Origin: Chrysomallon squamiferum
Lineage: Eukaryota; Animalia; Mollusca
DNA: 64,000 nucleotides
NCBI GenBank assembly: GCA_012295275.1
Contig: CM022676.1
Span: 9,486,001 to 9,550,000, forward strand
Direction of reading: 5' to 3'
Position 1 is the stretch's first letter; every line of letters starts with the position of its first letter. The notes under the pieces are model-generated. The model was not told where the DNA came from. It saw only the letters and a program-made list of their open reading frames with translations, and ran no database searches. Both the position numbers and the translations under genes were made by a program. Shown here in pieces: positions 61,754 through 64,000 of the stretch.

Positions 61754-61976
61754 AACAACCACACAAATATACAAATAGATAGTGATAAATAAACCATGTG
61801 GATATACTTGCTTATGACAGTATGTGTGTCAGTTAAATAGTAAATAAATAAAAATAAAAATAATATTTTCAAATCTGTAATTTAATTATGCTTTCCAATT
61901 AGTTAGTCTCTGTATGTATTTTTTATTTATTATTATTTTATTTCTATTTGTTTGTTTTTTTTGTTATTATTTGTTT

Positions 61977-62036
<60 letters not shown>

Positions 62037-62538
62037 AATAAATAAATAAGGAAAATGGTTTATTTATTATTATATTTTTTTCTAAATTTAATTTAATTTA
62101 ATTTTTTTTTTTTTTTTACATTGTTGGTGATCAGTGACCGTGAAGGACATAGTACCATGACGTCACAGCGAACATGCATTATTCAGTAGAATGATATCAC
62201 AGCCAACGCCCAAGTTACATTATTGTGGCGTGATGTTCTTAGCAATAAATACAAGGTCACATAATTATAATTATACTAAACTTTATTAAATAAATGAAAC
62301 GTGAATAATACGGATAATAATGAGAAACTTTGATATTTCGTCAGCAAATTATTTAATATAAGCGATAATGTAAACTAATATTCATCAACTCAAGATACAA
62401 TATTATATCTTAAATCGAAATTTGATTGCCAGTAATTAAATACTGTTTTGAAAAGACAGGTTAAAATAAATAAATAAATAAATAAAATGAAATAAAATGA
62501 AATAAAATGAAATTAAATCAAAAAAAACGAGAAAACGG

Positions 62539-62572
<34 letters not shown>

Positions 62573-63344
62573 AAAAGTTTAAGATGCACCTAAAAACCAG
62601 CGAGTAAAATTTTATCTTATTTGTACACAAGGGCGGGTCAGAAATTCCAGGAAGGGGATTGGCATGATGATGTCAATTAAATTGTTAAATATATAAGTCA
62701 ATAATTAGACAAATAAATAATTAAATAAATAATTTAAGGTAAAAAAAATAATAATAATAATAAAAATAAATAATAATAATAAAAATAAAAAATAAATAAA
62801 AAAGAATAAAAACAGAATATATATATTTTTTTTTTTTTTAAATAAGGAGGAAAAAAAAGGAAAGAAAAAGAAGGAAGTAGATGTTTACGGGCATTTTGCA
62901 CGAGCCTCACGCGTTTATATGCGTCACCTGATTGTTACGTCAGAGTTCGTTGAACTCGTCCTGCAGTTCGATGATTGTGAAGAAAGCAGAAAAAACGCGT
63001 GCCTAACGTCTGTTTAATATATTTCTGGCGTGTTCCGTTTTTTTGTTTTCTTTCTTCTTTTATTTTCGTTCTCTTGCTGAACGGTTAATAGCCGAGTAAT
63101 GTAGCATAACCATGCGGCATTATTGTTAGTCATAGGATTATTCCTTTGGTACCCCCATTATGTGATTTTTTCCATTCTAGAATGATGTTCTGGTTTTTCA
63201 AAGACCATAAAAATTACACACACACACACACATATGTATGTATCTGCGTCTGTGTTTGACGAGTAATAACAAAAATATGTTGAACCATAGTTAAAGACAT
63301 CTGCACCGACAGAGCCTACCCCAGTCGCATATTATCAAAAAAAA

Positions 63345-63376
<32 letters not shown>

Positions 63377-63429
63377 AAAAAAAAACACACAAGCGGATTA
63401 TACTAAAAATTTAAAAATGTATTCCTACG

Positions 63430-63740
63430 TCAGATCAAAGTCGCTGGCTGTTAGTAGTTATTAATTCATATTTTCTCAACCATCCACTGTCGAAGATGTA
63501 AAAACTGCCATGGAAACGGGACGCAGCGCCTGCTGTGATGTCACAGCGGAGGAAACGAGAGCTGGCGATTTGCTGGCAAGTCCTGCCCGATTATAGCCGA
63601 TCAGCGTACGAACGCGGCGGGTGACGTAACCGACACAGCGCGCGCCAAGTGAATGACCTCACGTGCACTGTCATTCGGCGATTGTTGACAACACACTTTC
63701 ACGTCTGCTGGAAGATGATTGTAGGCAGAGGCGTGTCTTT
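63430..63740. promoter_or_regulatory. CpG-rich island-like region, candidate promoter or 5' exon of the MCT gene
   Basis: Locally GC/CpG-rich with TGACGTAA and CACGTG motifs, upstream of the MCT 5'-UTR acceptor at ~61450. Confidence 0.3.
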
Positions 63741-64000
63741 ATTTAAAAAAAAATATATATATGGACGTATTACGTCTGCTTCAGTTTAAAAAATAAAGTA
63801 TTACCGGTTTTGTTTCTAACTTTGAATGACTGGATCCCTATGTAACTTTGTAACTATGTAACTATGTAACTTTACCAAAAGTGAAATGGACCCAAACATA
63901 ACGGTAGCAACATCAGTAACAACAAAACAAAGAACAAGAACTACTACTACTACTACTACTAATAATAATAATAATAAGAAGAAGAAGAAGAAGAAGAAGA

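Overview
AT-rich, microsatellite-dense animal genomic DNA (mollusc/cephalopod-like in character; the organism is an inference). Four multi-exon genes were reconstructed by hand from splice signals and reading-frame phase: (1) URB2, a ribosome-biogenesis gene, + strand 1716-25962; (2) an unrecognised ~621-aa protein, + strand 27002-39786; (3) an archaemetzincin (AMZ2-like) metalloprotease, - strand 44486-48192; (4) an SLC16/MCT-family transporter, - strand 55442-61423. The main hidden structure is in the URB2 introns. They carry five copies of a ~75-nt box C/D snoRNA resembling SNORD57/U57 (predicted guide for 18S rRNA Am99), four intact and one with a broken D box. URB2 also has a U12-type AT-AC intron and a GC-AG intron. 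A recurring pattern is tandem repeats seeded from exon boundaries, which copy splice sites into the introns. Three frameshifts sit in homopolymer runs and one MCT exon is badly corrupted, both suggesting assembly error. Most ORFs in the supplied track are microsatellite artefacts.
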